From the NCBI GenBank assembly GCA_043725365.1, contig JAYSLR010000100.1, positions 1 through 40,166 on the forward strand: 40,166 nt of DNA, written 5' to 3'. Shown piece by piece: positions 37,778 through 40,166 of this stretch (position 1 is the first letter of the stretch; each line of letters begins with the position of its first letter). This stretch comes from Rhizobacter sp. GTDB taxonomy: Bacteria; Pseudomonadota; Gammaproteobacteria; Burkholderiales; Burkholderiaceae_C. Made by a program: the position numbers and the translations under genes. Under the pieces are notes generated by a model. The model had not been told where the DNA came from. It did no database searches and saw only the letters and a program-made list of their open reading frames with translations.

Positions 37778-39085
37778 TCAGGCGACCAGCACCACCAGCT
37801 CGGCGGTCTCGGCGTCGTCGGTCACCGCGCGGCCGTCGAGCACCGCGTGGGCCCGCTCCCGGTCGATGTCGCCTTCCCACGCCGCCACGACCACGGTCGC
37901 GACGCAGTTGCCGATCAGGTTGCCGAGCGCGCGGGCGATGCCCATGAACCAGTCCACCGACAGCACCAGCACCAGCCCGATCGCCGGAATCGCCGGCACC
38001 GCGTGCAGCGTGGCCGCCAGCACCACGATCGCCGAGCCCGGCACGCCGTGCGCACCCTTCGAGGTGACCAGCGAGATCGCCAGGATCGTCAGCAGGTCGG
38101 TCATCGAGACCGGCGTGTTCGTCGCCTGGGCGATGAACACCGCGGCGAGCGTGATGTAGATCGAGAACGCATCGAGGTTGAACGAGTAGCCGGTCGGGAT
38201 CACCAGCCCGACGGTCGAATCGCGGATGCCCAGGTACTTCAGCTTGGCCATGACCTGCGGCAGCACGCTGTCGGACGAGGTCGTGGCGAGCACCACCGCC
38301 AGCTCCTCGCGCAGGTACTTGAGCAGCTTGACGATCGAGAACCCGCAGGCGCGCAGGATCGCGCCCAGGATCCCGAACACGAAGATCAGCACCGCGGCAT
38401 AGAACAGCACCACGAGCATGCCGAGCTGCCGCAGCGAACCGATGCCGTACTTGCCGACCGTGAACGCGATCGCGCCCAGCACGCCGAGCGGCGCGAGCTT
38501 GATCAGGATGCCCATGATCTTGAAGATCACGTGCGAGAGATCCTCGATGAATCCGGCCACCGCCTTGCCGCGCGCGCCGATCAGCGTCAGCGCGCAGCCG
38601 AACAGGATCGCGAACAGCAGCACCTGCAGCACATCGCCCTCGGCGAAGGCGCCGACCACGCTGCCCGGAACCAGCTTCATCAGGAAGTCGACCGTGCCGC
38701 CGCTGGTGAGCTTGCTGGCGTTGGCGGCGTAGGCGCTCATCGCGTTGGCGTCGAGCAGCTTCGGGTCGATGTTCATGCCGACGCCGGGCTTGAACACGAA
38801 CGCCAGCACCAGCCCGAGCACCAGCGCGATCGCGGTCACGACCTCGAAGTACACCAGCGCCTTCACGCCGACCCGGCCGACGCGCTTCAGGTCGCCGGCG
38901 CCGGCGATGCCGTGCACGACGACGCAGAACACCAGCACCGGGATGATCATCGTGATCAGCTTGATGAAACCGTCGCCGAGCGGCTTGAGCCGGATCGCGA
39001 AGTCGGGCGCGAGCAGGCCGAGCAGCACACCGACCACGAGGGCCAGCACCACCTGGCCGAACAGGGAGCGAAAAAAGCGAGGCAT
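37778..39085 (-). CDS. dctA: C4-dicarboxylate transporter, DAACS/DctA family
   Basis: LKPLGDGFIKLI, KALVYFE, TTSSDSVLP, GLVIPTGYSFNLD, TSKGAHGVPGS, IGNCVA. Confidence 0.9.
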   Translation of the reverse strand: MPRFFRSLFGQVVLALVVGVLLGLLAPDFAIRLKPLGDGFIKLITMIIPVLVFCVVVHGIAGAGDLKRVGRVGVKALVYFEVVTAIALVLGLVLAFVFKPGVGMNIDPKLLDANAMSAYAANASKLTSGGTVDFLMKLVPGSVVGAFAEGDVLQVLLFAILFGCALTLIGARGKAVAGFIEDLSHVIFKIMGILIKLAPLGVLGAIAFTVGKYGIGSLRQLGMLVVLFYAAVLIFVFGILGAILRACGFSIVKLLKYLREELAVVLATTSSDSVLPQVMAKLKYLGIRDSTVGLVIPTGYSFNLDAFSIYITLAAVFIAQATNTPVSMTDLLTILAISLVTSKGAHGVPGSAIVVLAATLHAVPAIPAIGLVLVLSVDWFMGIARALGNLIGNCVATVVVAAWEGDIDRERAHAVLDGRAVTDDAETAELVVLVA

Positions 39086-39113
39086 GGGCGTCTCCAACGG
39101 GTTGAACGGGCCG

Positions 39114-39142
39114 GCTTGTAGATCACAAGCTTGCATACAAGC
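39114..39142. promoter_or_regulatory. Overlapping dyads GCTTGTAGATCACAAGC / GCTTGCATACAAGC, candidate GntR operators
   Basis: Directly upstream of dctA-gntR; resembles TTGTATACAA-type GntR/FCD sites. Confidence 0.65.
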
Positions 39143-39222
39143 AATGTAGGCAAAAAGCCGACAAGACGTTCCTAGGGATTTCCCGGTGGGCGGCGCCGGT
39201 CACGGCCGCCGCGTCAACAGGC

Positions 39223-39939
39223 CTAGACCGCGCAGTAGCGCTCCTGGATCTCGCGGTCGCCGAGCAGTTCGTCGGCGCGGCCGGTGTGGACGATGCGGCC
39301 CTGGTCGACGATGTAGGCGCGGTCCGAGATGCGCAGCGCGAGCTCGACGTTCTGCTCGACCAGCAGCAGCGTCGTGCCCTGCGCCTTCATGCGCTGGAAC
39401 AGCTCGAACATCTCGTGCACCAGCAGCGGCATGATGCCCTCGCTCGGTTCGTCGAGCAGGATCATGCGCGGATTGGCGACCATCGCGCGCGCGATCGCGA
39501 GCATCTGCTGCTCGCCGCCGGACAGCGACGTGCCCTCCTGGTCGAGCCGCTCCTTCAGCCGCGGGAAGGTCTGCGCGACCTCGTCGACGATGCGCGCCAG
39601 GTCGTGCTTGCCTTTCCGGCCGAGCACGCCGAGCTGCAGGTTCTCGCGCACCGTCAGCCCCGGCACGATGCGGCGCTCCTCGGGCACGTAGGCCAGCCCC
39701 ATGTGGAAGCGCGTGTGCGCCGGCTCGGCGAGGAACTCGTGGCCGTCGAAGCGCGCACTGCCGCGGCGCTTGCCGACCAGGCCCATCAGCGCGCGCAGCG
39801 TCGTCGTCTTGCCGGCCCCGTTGCGGCCCATCAGCGTGACGATCTCGCCGGCGTGCACCGTCAGCGACAGGCCCTGCACGACGTGACTGCGGTCGTACCA
39901 GGCGTCCAGGCCCTCGACTTGCAGAAGCGCTTCCGGCAT
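39223..39939 (-). CDS. LivF-type ABC transporter ATP-binding protein
   Basis: GRNGAGKT, YVPEERRI, LSGGEQQMLAIAR, LLDEPSEG, LVEQN. Confidence 0.92.
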   Translation of the reverse strand: MPEALLQVEGLDAWYDRSHVVQGLSLTVHAGEIVTLMGRNGAGKTTTLRALMGLVGKRRGSARFDGHEFLAEPAHTRFHMGLAYVPEERRIVPGLTVRENLQLGVLGRKGKHDLARIVDEVAQTFPRLKERLDQEGTSLSGGEQQMLAIARAMVANPRMILLDEPSEGIMPLLVHEMFELFQRMKAQGTTLLLVEQNVELALRISDRAYIVDQGRIVHTGRADELLGDREIQERYCAV

Positions 39940-40014
39940 GTCAGTGGCTCCTTCGAACTTCGAGTCTGAGCGGCAAAGGCGGGAGCGGCCAGGCCGGCGA
40001 GGGCTGAAGCCGCG

Positions 40015-40152
40015 CCCCCGACTGCGTCGGGGGTGCCCTGCGCTGCTCGCTGCGCAGGGCAAGTCCGCAAACTCGGCCCCGAGTACGGAACCTCAAACAT
40101 GCGGACTTGGCGCGCAAGCGCGCCGACCCTGCTGCGCTGCGCTGCTCGGCGC
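40015..40152. repeat. Nested-palindrome intergenic repeat (REP/MITE-like)
   Basis: CCCCCGAC-TGC-GTCGGGGG hairpin; CAAGTCCGCA (40060)/TGCGGACTTG (40100); GGCGCGC-AA-GCGCGCC; GCAGGG/CCCTGC; CTGCGCTGCTCG present twice. Confidence 0.65.
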
Positions 40153-40166
40153 TGGCTTCCTGATGC

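Overview
GC-rich bacterial chromosomal segment. Gene content and repeat types suggest a Burkholderiales betaproteobacterium, which is an inference. About 38 CDS or pseudogenes, almost all metabolic or regulatory. I saw no rRNA, tRNA, CRISPR array, transposase or integrase. Left to right: (1) a partial SDR, DUF3297, and a fatty-acid hydroxylase divergent from two tandem Crp/Fnr paralogues with a recurring 18-bp operator-like motif; (2) a Rieske ferredoxin remnant reading into a dienelactone hydrolase, then a methyltransferase and a persulfide dioxygenase-rhodanese fusion; (3) a PQQ alcohol dehydrogenase with the lanthanide-type D-x-D motif plus cytochrome c, divergent from an AcoR-like GAF/Fis-HTH regulator that lacks the AAA+ domain; (4) a Liv-type ABC transporter with a fused double ATPase; (5) the glyoxylate operon gcl-hyi-glxR-glycerate kinase with a divergent LysR; (6) a PhoPQ-like two-component locus with PhoP-box-like repeats; (7) a compositionally different accessory block at about 25.1-37 kb, holding an ester-cyclase pseudogene and a DddD-like double CoA-transferase separated by a degenerate 20-bp repeat, and an uncharacterised MarR/Bug/flavin monooxygenase/TPP-enzyme cluster; (8) GntR-dctA, a LivF-type ATPase and a palindromic repeat. 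All family assignments come from motifs read by eye; no database search was run.
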